Assembly (NCBI RefSeq): GCF_006345805.1
Contig: NC_043007.1
Span: 76,570,001 to 76,634,000, forward strand
Length of the DNA stretch: 64,000 nt
Direction: 5' to 3'
Origin: Octopus sinensis
Lineage: Eukaryota
Shown piece by piece: positions 38,330 to 50,949 of the stretch. Under the pieces are notes generated by a model. That model searched no databases. It worked only from the letters and a program-made list of their open reading frames with translations, and was not told where the DNA came from. Each line of letters opens with the position of its first letter. Positions within the stretch are counted from its first letter, which is position 1. Made by a program: the position numbers and the translations under genes.

Positions 38330-38790
38330 GATGGGTAAATTGTGTTGCCATTTCATATTTTTAATTTTGTGCATCCACATTTTTTGATTTTGTCTACTAC
38401 ACAGTACAGTAGGTTCAGTTGGGCACCATCTGTGAGAAAAACAGCACCATGATGCAGTTCACTCTGCCAGAAATTTGGAAATGACAAGCTGTACTGCTTG
38501 GCATTCACACAGGAAGCTCCATTATGAACATTTCAGAATGTTTGGGTGTTAATCTGAGCATAGTGCAGAGGATTTGGAAAGAGTTGGATGAGTCTAATAG
38601 TGATTATGAAGGTACGGCAGCTCGGAAAACTCACTCCGAATATTCTGATAAGAAAAGCACTCCTGAATTTGCTGGTGAGATCCAGGCCACAGTTGACAAT
38701 GATCCCTCCAAATGAATCAGGTTCAAAACCAGAGACATAGGAGTGTCTGAGTTTCTTATCAGGCTGGTAGTGCATGAAGTCATTCGGTAC
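38330..38790 (+). pseudogene. mariner-like transposase N-terminal (HTH) remnant
   Basis: ISECLGVNLSIVQRIWKEL...ATVDNDPSK*IR...VSEFLIRLVVHE. Confidence 0.7.
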
Positions 38791-39055
38791 GTGATGATCA
38801 CACGCTACACGCCTTCCTTCCAAGCACTGCTGTAAACAGCAGAAGTGAGCTACAACATTAAAACTTGGTGCACATATACAGCAGAGTTTAAGGTCAATGT
38901 TTGCCCAGCAGCTTCAGTCTGTGTACTTTAGCACCATTATTATGGTAACATTATAATTATTGATCAGATCTTGTATATATACATCCGCATTCATTCATAC
39001 ATACTTACATAGATATATACATACACAGTACCATTCTCTCATATTACCTTTCCTG

Positions 39056-39148
<93 letters not shown>

Positions 39149-39242
39149 CCCCTTCCCTAAGCACAGGCATGGCTGTGTGGTAAGAAGCTTGCTTCTCAAC
39201 CACATGGTACCAGGTTCTTACTTCCTACTTCCTACATAATTC

Positions 39243-39480
39243 TTACTTCCTACAGCTGTTCCAATCACGCTCATTAATAAATTACAAATTTATGCTTTAA
39301 ATTTGCATTTATAAGATATAAGCAAAATATCATCAGGGAAAAAGATATGCAATAAAAGATTATCATTTATTGTATATCTTTTTCCATGATGATATTTTGT
39401 TCATATCTTATAAATGCAAATTTAAAGCATAAATTTGTAATTTATTAATGAGCACAAATGGAAACAATTGTAGGAAGTAA
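39243..39480. repeat. AT-rich palindrome (~115-bp arms)
   Basis: 39243-~39356 is the reverse complement of ~39366-39480. Confidence 0.92.
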
Positions 39481-39524
39481 AAATTATCAATTCATTTATA
39501 AATAAGGATTAATTTTCAACTTAC

Positions 39525-39575
39525 CATTTTCTTTTCTTCCATTAATTAAATACGGATTATATGCATAATATATAC
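39525..39575 (-). CDS. candidate 51-nt phase 1-1 exon
   Basis: Strong donor AATG|GTAAGT, weak acceptor; only open frame IYYAYNPYLINGRKEN. Confidence 0.3.
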
Positions 39576-39694
39576 CTATTCATTTAGGGAAATTTCATTT
39601 CCCCAAAATATGAGGTACTCATCTCTTTAAGAGGTTAATACATCCTCTAATTAACTTATATATATATATAATTATATATATATATGATAGATCG

Positions 39695-39873
39695 TTAGCC
39701 ACTGCACACATTTTTTTCTCTCCTTGTTTCTCCCCTTGTTTTTCTGTGTCCCTTTCTGTAGAAGAGCGTAGGCTCGAAATGTAAAAGACTTTTTCTTTTC
39801 CTGAGCATTATACTAATACATCTGTTTGTTTTGTACACCACCTGTCTTTGTCTTTTGTTTTTACGTAAACTTT

Positions 39874-39885
<12 letters not shown>
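39695..39885 (+). mobile_element. Penelope pseudo-LTR-like repeat with a hammerhead-like motif
   Basis: CTTT-CTGTAGAA-GAGC(GTAG)GCTC-GAAA-TG-TA-AAAG at 39752-39787. Confidence 0.5.
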
Positions 39886-39910
<25 letters not shown>

Positions 39911-40109
39911 TAAATGAAATAAAACATATGCATATATATAAACATATATGTACGTACCTACCTCTACATGTACATATACACGCATATATGAGTACAGGAC
40001 ACCAAGATGCACACACATACATATACATACATACAAAATCAGTATGTTGCATTCCATTACTTAATAAATGGAAAAATGTGTGGTAAGTAAACAAATGACA
40101 TAATGTATA

Positions 40110-40758
40110 CTAAATGTAAAAACAAACGGGAGACAAACAAAATTCTTCATCAGCTATTGACCAATTGGTAATATTCAGTTTTGCACCTTTAACGATAAGA
40201 CTGGGTGCTTCCCAATTGGCAGTGCCCATAAAACAGTTTCCTTGCAGAGAATTAGGGACAAGAACAAGCAAAAAAAAAAAAAAAAAAAAAAAAAGGCAAA
40301 ATGATACACAGTGTGATTTAAGATGGTGGACAAGGATAAACAGTCAAACAAAATATGGCCTTGGGGCCAAGGAGACAAATATAGTGGGTAACCCTTAGAA
40401 AATATCTTGAAGGATAAAGAACGGAGAGACAGAGAATTTGTGACTGGTCAGCTAAATGTAAAACAAACGGGAGACAAACAGAAGGTCAGTAATTCTTCAT
40501 CGGTTATTGATCTATTGGTCATATTCAGTTTTGCACTTTTATCAATAAGAGCGAGAGCTTCCTAATTGGTAGTACCCACAAAAAAGTTTTCTTGCAAAGA
40601 ATTAGGAATGAGAGCAAACAAAACAAAATGAAAAAAGGCAAAATGACACAGAGTGTGATTTAGGATGGTGGACAAGGATGAGCAGTTGAACAAAATATGG
40701 CCTTGGGGCCAAGGATATGAGAATAGTGGGTAATGCATAGAAAATGTCTTGAAGGATA
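40110..40758. repeat. diverged 307-bp tandem duplication (period 342)
   Basis: 40110-40416 aligns with 40452-40758. Confidence 0.9.
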
Positions 40759-40820
40759 CACACACAGACACACACACACACACACACACACACATATGCA
40801 CACACACACACACATGCACA

Positions 40821-40857
<37 letters not shown>

Positions 40858-40864
<7 letters not shown>

Positions 40865-41160
40865 CAGATATATGTGATGGACTTCTTTTAGATGTAAGTG
40901 TATACACACACATATATATATACAGATATGTGATGGACTTCTTTTAGACGTAAGTGTATACACACACATATATATATATACAGATATGTGATGGACTTCT
41001 TTTAGACGTAAGTGTATACACACACACATATATATATATACAGATATGTGATGGACTTCTTTTAGACGTAAGTGTATACACACACACATATATATATACA
41101 GATATGTGATGGACTTCTTTTAGAAGTAAGTGTATACACACACACACATGTGATGGACTT
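40858..41160. repeat. 56-60-bp minisatellite abutting a family B SINE
   Basis: GATGGACTTCTT core at 40876, 40932, 40990, 41050, 41108 and 41152. Confidence 0.92.
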
Positions 41161-41820
41161 CTTATAGTTTCCATCTGCCAAATCCACTCACAAGGCTTTT
41201 GTTAACCAAGGGCCATAGCAGAAAACACTTCCTCAAGGACTGAACTGAAACACTATGCCTGGAAAAGCAAACTCCTTACCATATAACCATACTGTCCCTA
41301 TCCACACACCCAAATCTGCCATTATACATAAACAAATCAAGTACAGAAGCTAGACACATTTTATCATTTGCTGTTCCTGTTGTGGTTTTTACTTTGGACT
41401 TGTTTCGCTATGTTAGTTAGATAGTAAACAACATAGACTGATATGATCTTACTGGCACACTTATGAAACGTAATACATATTTAATGTATTGTCACTATCC
41501 TACAAAAATGTATCATTATTATTAGAGTGATTTAAACTTTTCATTGCACATCAGTTAACTTGGACAATAGACGGCCACAAGAAATGGATAACATTTAGTT
41601 CTCATGTATAATGTACAGCTATACATTTTAAGCTGAAAAATGTGGAAATGAAGTGCATGTTGTACATAAATAAATATGGTGCATGCATCCAAGGAATCCT
41701 TTTCATGAGGTGTTGGCCAACATAAGGTTACAATATAAGACACTTACTAAAGTTCTGGACAGTGGGACTGAACCTGGAACCATGTGGTTCTAAAACAATT
41801 TCTTAACTACATAGTCAAAT

Positions 41821-41860
<40 letters not shown>

Positions 41861-42058
41861 ACATATAGGCATTCATGCATACATACATGTATATATATAT
41901 ATATATATATTATATATACATGTGTGTGCATCTGTTTAGGTATGCATGTGTATATATATATGTATATATATGTGTGTGTGTATATGTATTAGAGTATATG
42001 TGAGTGCATTTGTGTATATATGTGAGTGTATTTGTGTGCATATGTGAGCATGTATGCA

Positions 42059-42112
<54 letters not shown>

Positions 42113-42168
42113 TATCTATCTATCTTTCTATCTATCTATCTATTTATCTATATATCTATATATCTATA

Positions 42169-42207
<39 letters not shown>

Positions 42208-43259
42208 GGGGGGAGGCTGTGTGTGTCTCTGGGCCAATGGATACTGAAGGTTGGTTGAATAATAAAATTTCACATGTGCAGCCTAACATGTGGAACAAAG
42301 TGGACAACCAGTGCATCCAATTCTGCTCATGTCAGGCATGCAGAGGCACGTTGACAGCGAGCAGAATGAAACTGCCAGTGTCTACTAAATTCAAACAAGG
42401 CAGATGGATGTGTTACCATCGAAGTTGAAGGTTTCGTAACTAATGGGGACAGCAATTGTATATCACCTGAAAAAATACAACTGGATCTCATTATACAGGT
42501 AAACCATTGCACAATTAAATTCCTGTATATATAAAGATTTATGTTGTATGGAAACACGTGTAGTGATTATAAAATAACTGTCTAACAATATACCTTCTTG
42601 TTGACTCTTATTCAATTACACACACACACGCACATATATATATATCCTACAGAGTGAAAAGTTCTGTTGTGGTCATTTTTGCCCACTACATTACTTAAGT
42701 TTTGATATGCCCTAGTCAGTTGGTGATTCCTTTAGCCTGTATGAATTTGTTACATAGTATAATTCATACCTACCCCTGTAGGTATATATACATGTATATG
42801 GCTAATATATTTGCAGACAACACTGCTGTGATGTATAAATATCAAAAATAGTTTCCATTTCCTTGCAGAGCATAGTTTTGATCTTACAACCTTATGAGCC
42901 CAGTACACTTCCTTTGTGTCATTCTATTCAATGAATGATTAAGCAAATATATAAGGTATTATTTCTTATTTTGTCTATTCTGAGCTTCCTTACTTCTATT
43001 ACATCATCCATCATATGTTATTTATTTATTTTTATGCCTTGGACTCTTTCAAATGTACAAAACATTGTAACAATACAATACATACTGCAGCACAGGGATG
43101 TTAATTTATTTACTGAAAGGCAATATTTCACTCAGCTGATACAATGAGAGCCACATTTGATAAACTGCATGCGTAGATCTATGAGTTTCAAATTTTTCTG
43201 GGTGTTTTTTCATTTGCCATCTTCAGATCATTTACAGCAGAGCAGACTGAAATGTGATT

Positions 43260-43440
43260 GCAGAATACTGGAAACACATGTTTCACTGGGCCAGACATAT
43301 CACAAGATTTACAGACAACAGGTGAGCCTGTGAAATTACTGAGTGGTCTCCAGGAGACCGAAAAAGGCCACTCAGAAAAGTTCTACAGTGACGGGAAGAT
43401 GACTTGGTAATATGATTTGGGTCAAGATGGAAAAGAAAGG
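43260..43440 (+). pseudogene. RTE 3' coding fragment (same type as 13165-13420)
   Basis: HMFHWARHITRFTDNR*ACEITEWSPGDRKRPL. Confidence 0.7.
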
Positions 43441-44044
43441 TGCGATAAAGAAAGAATTGAAAGCACATTGTGACCAGCAATCATCATCATCGTTTAACAT
43501 CCATTTTCCATGCTAGCATGGGTTGGACGGTTCGACCGGGATCCGGGAAGCCAGGAGTCTGCACCAGGCTCCAGTCTGGTTTGGCAGTGTTTCTACAGCT
43601 GGATGCCCTTCCTAATGCCAACCACTTCATGAGTGTGGTGGGTGCTTTTTACGTGCCACTGGCACAGGGGCCAGAGGAGGCTGACAAACGGCCACGATCG
43701 GTTGGTGCTTTTTACATGTCACTGACATGGACGCCAGTCAGGTAGCACTGGCATCAGCCACGTTTGGATAGTGCTTTTACGTGCCACCAGCACAGGTATC
43801 TTAACTACAATTTCCATTTGATTTTTATTTTGATGTTAGTGCTGATGTACTTGACTCAAAAATTCTCCTCAAGAACAGCGGGTCACTCTACGATCCAAGG
43901 TTAGCACAGCAGGCCGTCCTGCGAGCCATGAACTCACTTCATTTTTCAGGTCTTCGCAGTCACAACATATCTCAGAGGTCTTGGTCTTTCATCGTAAAAC
44001 AATATCTGATAGTCTGGCTAATACAGCAGAATAGAAATGTGGAA

Positions 44045-44120
<76 letters not shown>

Positions 44121-44777
44121 TATGTAATGTATTTGGGAATAACTACATCATTGGTCATAAGATTCCAGTGGATCAATCATTGGTCCTCTACATTTCCAGT
44201 AACATGCGTGACAGGAGATGTTTGTGCAATCAAGTTTTAAAGTCTGGTATCTTTTTTGGCCAAGATGTTTCTAGTGACAGTCTCTTCGTGTTTGTTTCAA
44301 ATTTTGATGGCTGGCTTCAGAAATCTCCTATCTGGAGCGTGGATATTGGAATTAGATGTTGAGAGGTTGTGCATAGGAAAGAATATTCAATCTCATCAGT
44401 ATTTGCTGAAGAATTACTCTGAGTTCTGATAAGTTGTAGAATGTTATAGGGAACTGTTGTTGCAGAAAATTGTCTCCTGCATAATCTGGTGATAGTGAGA
44501 TTTTTATTTCTACTTTGACTTTTTGCAGCATCAACCAATTGTTATAATCTTAAGAACTTTCTTTTTAGCTACAATGAGTTGGTTGAGTATGTTGAGTGAA
44601 GAAAGAAAGAAAGAAATAAAGAAAAGAAAGAAAGATGTTTCCAGCTAACTCACATATATATAAAGGCATAAATATTTGAAAGAAGATGCAAGTGCTAAAT
44701 AAATAATTATCCAAAATTCTGATCACCTCCTTTTCATTAATATATAAAATCTGTACACTACTGCAAACAATCTATAC

Positions 44778-44808
<31 letters not shown>

Positions 44809-44891
44809 TGTATGTATGTATGTATGTATGTATGTATGTATGTATGTATGTATTTATGTATGTATGTTTCTGTGTGTATATAAATATGATA

Positions 44892-44952
<61 letters not shown>

Positions 44953-45431
44953 TTAGGGTAGAAATTGATATTTATCAATTAGAACCAGTGGTCTAGCATA
45001 TTAAAAAAATCCGAAGATTAAAATATTTATATATACCAATTAAGGACTGAACACGAAAAGTGGGCAGTCAACATGCTAGATATAGACGTCAAATCGCCAT
45101 TCTCCACAAAAGATTATGTTCTCAGATCAAACTCAACACAAAAAACCATAGCAATAATTAATTGGTATATATATATATATAATATATAATATATATATAT
45201 ATATATATATGATGGGCTTCTTTCAGTTTCCGTTTACCAAAAGCACTGACAAGGCTTTGGCTGGCCTGAGGCTACTATAGTTGAAGACACTTGCCCAAGG
45301 TGCCACGTAGTGGGACTGAATTCAGAACCATGTGGTTGGGAAGCAAGCTTCTTACCACACAACGGCTCCTAGCTGTCTAATTATTGCTGTCTTAATTCCT
45401 TTTGCCTTACTACCATCTGATGGTGACTCAC

Positions 45432-45536
45432 TTTTGAAAACTTCCATTTGTTCCTTGGAGTATTGCCCTTCCTTACACTTCTTTAGTTGATGGAAGAGGC
45501 TGTACTTCTTTCTGAGAGCCCCTCTGAATCCATCCT
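45432..45536 (-). CDS. candidate 105-nt symmetric exon
   Basis: tttgcttctatctag acceptor, AAA|GTGAGT donor; single open frame EDGFRGALRKKYSLFHQLKKCKEGQYSKEQMEVFK. Confidence 0.5.
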
Positions 45537-47564
45537 CTAGATAGAAGCAAATATGAAAGAACACTTGTTGACCAAAGACAAAAAAGTAAATAAAAATTGT
45601 TACACAGTATAATTAAATAAAACAGCTTATCTTTTCCCAGATTCTTCTATGTATCCTTATCCAATCCTGTGGATCTTTGCTTTAGTATCCATAATATTCT
45701 TTTCTACTCTAGGCACAAGGCCCGAAATTTTTGTGGGGGAGGGGGCCAGTTGATTAGATCGACACCAGTATGCAACTTGGACTTAATTTATTGACCCCGG
45801 AAGGCTGAAAGGTAAAGTTAACCTTAGTGGGATTTGAACTCAGAATGTAAAGACAGACGAAATACTGCTAAGCATTTTGCCCGCTCACTGCCTTCAGTAT
45901 CCATAAGTTGATCCTGGTATATTTTTCATTTGTAGTCAGTGATAAAACTAAATACTTCCAAATATTCAGATATGTTACTCTGCCTTGGCAACATTCAACA
46001 TTTACAGTTTCAGAAGATTGCAGAAAGACCTCCTGTAAACATATACATGACATTATTTAGAAAAACAATCTTAAACAGAAGCTATCAAGTTCTAGCATGT
46101 TTTAGCAAGTTTTTCTTTGTAATAATGACTAAAACAATGGCTTTGTCTACAGCAAACATAGGGGGATTAAAAAAAAAACCCTAATAATGATTTTTTTTTT
46201 CATCTGATATGTGTTTAATTCATTTTATAGAAAATGGTACTCAATTATTTACTAGTTCTTATTTTATCAATCCTGAAAGCATAAAAGACAAATAATACTA
46301 AATTTGGTGTGTGTCCACTCCTATTCCTTTACATAATCAGAAGACTTATTTTACTCAATATTTACTAAAAAATTTATGAAAGGAAACAAATAAAATTTTT
46401 GTTTCATAAATGTGACCAGTATCGGCATGTATTTTGCAGTACTAGCTATTATGATCACCAGGTTTTTAAAAAATTATTTCTATGAACTAATAAATCTATG
46501 TGTTGAAGCATATTTGTATTGTTTGTAAATTGTTAGTAATTACGGTTTCATATAACAATAGAGCAGACGTGGCTGCATGATAAGAAGTTACTTCCCAAGC
46601 ACATGGTTTTGAGTTCAGTCTCATTGTGTGGCACTTTGGGCAAGTGTCTTCTGCTAGAGCTCTGGGCCAATAACAGCTTGTGAGTGGATATGCGTGACAG
46701 AAACTAAAAGGATCCTGTCATATTTATATACACACAGAGACATACATACATACATACATGCATGCATACATACATGCATACATACATACATACTACATAC
46801 ATACATACATACATACATACATACATACATACATGCATCGTACATACATACATATGTATAGATTGTTTGAAGTGGTGTACAAATTTTATATATATAAAAT
46901 TTTATATATATAAAAAGGAGGTAGTCATAATTTTGGATAATTATTTATTTAGCACTTGCATCTTCTTTCAAATATTTATGCCTTTATATATATGTGAGTT
47001 AGCTGAAAAATCTTTCTTTTCTTTCTTTAATTCTTTCTTTCTTCCTATCTTTCACTCCTTTTTTTTCCCTTTTTTCTCCCTGTAATCAAACCTCCAAACA
47101 TTCACCACACACACACACACGTGCACACTCATGCATACACACACATTTACACACCCATACATATGCACACACACACACACATATATACACATACATATAG
47201 ATTCAAAAATAACAAAGAACATTCCCTTCCCAATTCAGCTCCAGATTTTTTCAACTCACATTTTTATAAAAGACAAATTTTCTGTAAAAATATCATTCAT
47301 GAAAGTACTATATAAATAATTATCCAAAATTCTGACTACTTCCCCATACTAGCATGGAAAACGGACGTTAAACGATGATGATGATGATGATGATGATATA
47401 TATACATATATATATTGGGTATGGTAGATGAGTTCATCAAAAATTTAGATTCAGGTGAATATGGTACTTAAGTTGAGGCACCAGAATTTAGTATGGTATA
47501 ATCCATACAATTTCAAAGTAAGGTGATTAAAATCAAAATAAGCAACAGGGATATCCAGAGGTAA

Positions 47565-47641
47565 TGCAGTACGGTCGTTTCATTTAATTGAACAATGCAA
47601 TCATTACATCAATTTAAAATGTAGAGCAATCTTCAGCTGCA
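47565..47641 (-). ncRNA. type-I hammerhead ribozyme-like motif (long, degenerate helix II)
   Basis: UGCAG-CUGAAGA-(48 nt)-GAAA-C-GACC-GUA-CUGCA: 5-bp helix I, intact core, 2-bp helix III, GUA cleavage triplet. Confidence 0.55.
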
Positions 47642-47808
47642 CAAAGACATAGAATTTAATTAAATTAGAACAGATGGACACATTAGTATAATTATACCTA
47701 AAATCTCCAAGAAGTTAAGGAGATAGATAAAGAACATCTTGTCTCTACTTCAGCATAGAAGTTACTACAATTATCAAGAAGACTCTGCCTGCTATTGATT
47801 TTTTTAAC

Positions 47809-47892
47809 TTTATGGGTCAGTTTTAATTTATAGACTATAAATTAAAACTGTAAGTTAATTTATAGTCTATAAATTAAAACTGACCCCATAAA
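47809..47892. repeat. palindrome of palindromes (~36-bp arms)
   Basis: Arms are reverse complements, and each contains TTTAATTTATAG-N-CTATAAATTAAA. Confidence 0.9.
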
Positions 47893-48064
47893 GACAAAAA
47901 ATAATGGCCATCATCTTAACTCCATGAGCTAAATAATAGCCTAAAAATTAAGCCTAAAACTATTGAGGGTTATATATTTGGATATGCTATTTACTAAATC
48001 AAGGCTCTGTACCCTGATTTAGTAAAAAATAAAGAAGAAGAAAAAATGGGTTTTGTCAACATAC

Positions 48065-48164
48065 CTGCCTAGAAAAAAGGAAAGTAATGAAAGCTCAAAT
48101 CCAACAAGAACTGGGAGAGGAGGAAAGCCTTCCTTTAAGGAAACATGACCTGGAGCAACAAAAT
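48065..48164 (-). CDS. candidate 100-nt exon
   Basis: tagcttcctttcag acceptor, CAG|GTATGT donor; single open frame FVAPGHVSLKEGFPPLPVLVGFELSLLSFFLG. Confidence 0.35.
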
Positions 48165-49611
48165 CTGAAAGGAAGCTACAAGGCTTATATAGTAATGGAT
48201 AGATAAATTGAAGAAGCAGGTTAATAAAGTCAATCATCATCATCATCATCATCATTTAATGTCCGCTTTCTATGCTAGCATGGGTTGGATGATTTGACTG
48301 AGGTCTGGCAAACCAGATGGCTGCACCAGACTCCAATCTGATCTGGCAGAGTTTCTACAGCTGGGTGCCCTTCCTTTTATGTGCCACTGGCACAAGGGCC
48401 AGTCAGGCGGTACTGGTAATAGTCACACTCAAATGGTGTTTTTTACATGCCACCGGCACAGGAGCCAGTCCAGCAGCACTGGCAATGACCTCGCTTGAAT
48501 GTTTTTTCATGTGCCACCAGCACAAGTGCCAGTAAGGCGACGCAGGTAACGATCACGCTCGAATGGTGTTTTTTACGTGCCACCAGCACAGAGGCCAGCT
48601 AGTTGCTCTGGCAACGATCACGCTCGTATGGTACTCTTAGCGCTCCACTAGCACGGATGCCAGTCATTGAATTTGATTTCGATTTTGCAGGGTTAATAAA
48701 ATCAAGTAATGAAGTCGATAAGGTTAAGTACTGGAGTTGATTATATATTGATCACGACCCCTGCTCCCAATTTGTGGCCCTTCAGCAACATAAAGTAGAA
48801 ATAAATTCCTGATGAGCCAAATGCATGATTTGAATGTGTAACCTGTATGCTTGTTTGATTATTGGTTGTAGCATTTTCACTCCAGTCACACTGTCATGAC
48901 TGTTGAAGAAGACATTAATCCTTATTATGAATAGATCAGTGTATTATTAGAGTTGGTAAAGCAGTGGACAAAATGCTTTATACTATTTAGTTACATCTTT
49001 ATATGTTCTGAATTCAAGTCCTGTAAAGGTCAACTTTGAACTTTATCCCTACAAAGTTAATAAAATAAGTACTAGTCAAGTGCTAGAGTATGCTATATAT
49101 ATAACAGTTAAGTTCTGTGGTCAGTTGAGTTGACAATATTCTTCCCCATAATGTGTAGTTCTTGTGTTTTTCACCAAGTGTAGTGAGACAACAGAAATAG
49201 AAAGCTTTGATAGTATTTTATTTCATCTGTCTACATTTTGGGTTTAAGTCCCATTGGGGTCTCAACATTATTTCATCTAGCAAATAGAAAGCATATACTG
49301 TGATTTATTTAATCAATCATACTTTGAGTCTCAATGACTTCTGCTTTGTCAGTTGGCAAAAGAAATCTTTATGATCAACAATGTTTAATGTAGATACCAG
49401 AACATTGGAATTAACACTTAACAGTTTCTTACCAATGAAATCCACCTTAGGGTTTGAAAAAACTCAAGGTGGTTTTTATTGATAAAAAAAGAAGTTGTGT
49501 TGCAAAGAGTGCCGAGTTCCAATGTTCTGAGTAAAGGCTTTCTTTGAACTATTGAAACTTTCTTCACTTTTATTTTCTGATCTTTATAATTTCTAGTTTG
49601 ACTTCTCTTAC

Positions 49612-49643
49612 TTGTGAATTTAATTGACTCCTCCCTGAGATCA
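49612..49643 (-). CDS. candidate 32-nt exon
   Basis: attattttag acceptor, CAA|GTAAGA donor; phase 2-1 reading DLREESIKFT is compatible with 48065-48164. Confidence 0.25.
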
Positions 49644-50949
49644 CTAAAATAATATCAATTAGATTTTGAGAATGTGGCCTTGTGACTTGGAAAGAAATCC
49701 TTATAAAGACAGCAGGACTTAAGGTTTGGTGAAAATGATAGTGTTCTACCTATGCTATTTTGATGTATAGATGTACTGAAATTAAATTTACCCTTACAAA
49801 TTGACTTTCTTCCATCCTATTAGACTGTCATTATATTTCAGTTTGAAATAAATACTCATAGAGAAGCTTTTTTTATAACATGATATTGCAGGGAGATTTT
49901 TTTTATTTGAACTCCATCAGATATTACCTAAAAACTTATAGCTTATCACCACTGCTGGTCCCATGTCATAGTTTCACCTTTACTGATCAAGGGTTATGGT
50001 AAAATAGATTCCAACAATATATTTAGATTTGATGAATTGATACATTTACACACACTTCTTTAAAAATATATTTATTTTTTTAGGTGAAAAGAAATAATTT
50101 ACATAACCATTTAATCAATAAGGCACTTAAGGTTGTGGGACTGAAAATCAGAGCATTTACAGGTGAACCCAATTCTTAACAGAAATAGAAAATCAGGAAG
50201 TTGTTTGTGGCTCATAAATAGGAGTCTATGGAGAAAAGCATATGTTGAACATCATTTATTTTTTACCAGATTAAAGAAGTGGAGGAAATGAAATAAATAA
50301 AAAAGAGAGCTACAAATATTTTATTTAGGCAAATCTAAAATAGATTAATTTCCCTTTCACTTTTGCAAGATATTATTCATCAATAGTTTTGAAGATTTTA
50401 TTAATCTATGATGGATATGAAGAATTCTTGCCGTTATAAGGGATCACGTCTGAAAGAAATAGCCAAACTATACTAGAAGTGATCACGTCCGAAAGAAATA
50501 GCCAAACATTCTTTAATATTCTTTCTTATTCTTTTATCTATAAATGAACATGACACGTCAAAGATTCTTCAAATTAAAAACAATAACTCATATCTCCATC
50601 ATTTAAAACTTTTCATATAGTTTATTATGCATTGTTCGGAAAATGACATTGTCTTTTAAACCACTTTAATTTTTCAAAGAGAAATATTTTTCATGATAAA
50701 TAATTGTTTCGAAAGCCAGCAAAAATCTGCAAACTTTTAACTATGGAATGGCCGGCTGTTACTGAGACTTTCCTGCCTCCCTCCGCTTGCTTTATACTAT
50801 GCAAGGTTATAATTTACATCAAGTAAAGAATTATGCATAAAAATTCTAAATAATATTTTGATGCAAATAACAGTTTTTCTTTTCAAGATTCTTTAGTAAT
50901 GCATATTCCTTTAAAGAAATAGAGCAGTCAGTATTTTAATGACACCTTA

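Noticed and set aside
38166-38351. N-terminal extension of the 377-aa ORF 37218-38351
   Set aside because: Runs through (TA)n/(AAT)n and a neighbouring mariner end; the RTE APE begins near 38130
42280-42505. Exon-like segment with splice-like sites on both strands
   Set aside because: No splice-site pair gave a phase-consistent, recognisable frame
45880-46035. Open minus-strand frame EVFLQSSETV...WILKA as an exon
   Set aside because: The apparent donor lies inside a SINE head, and the phase does not fit neighbouring candidates
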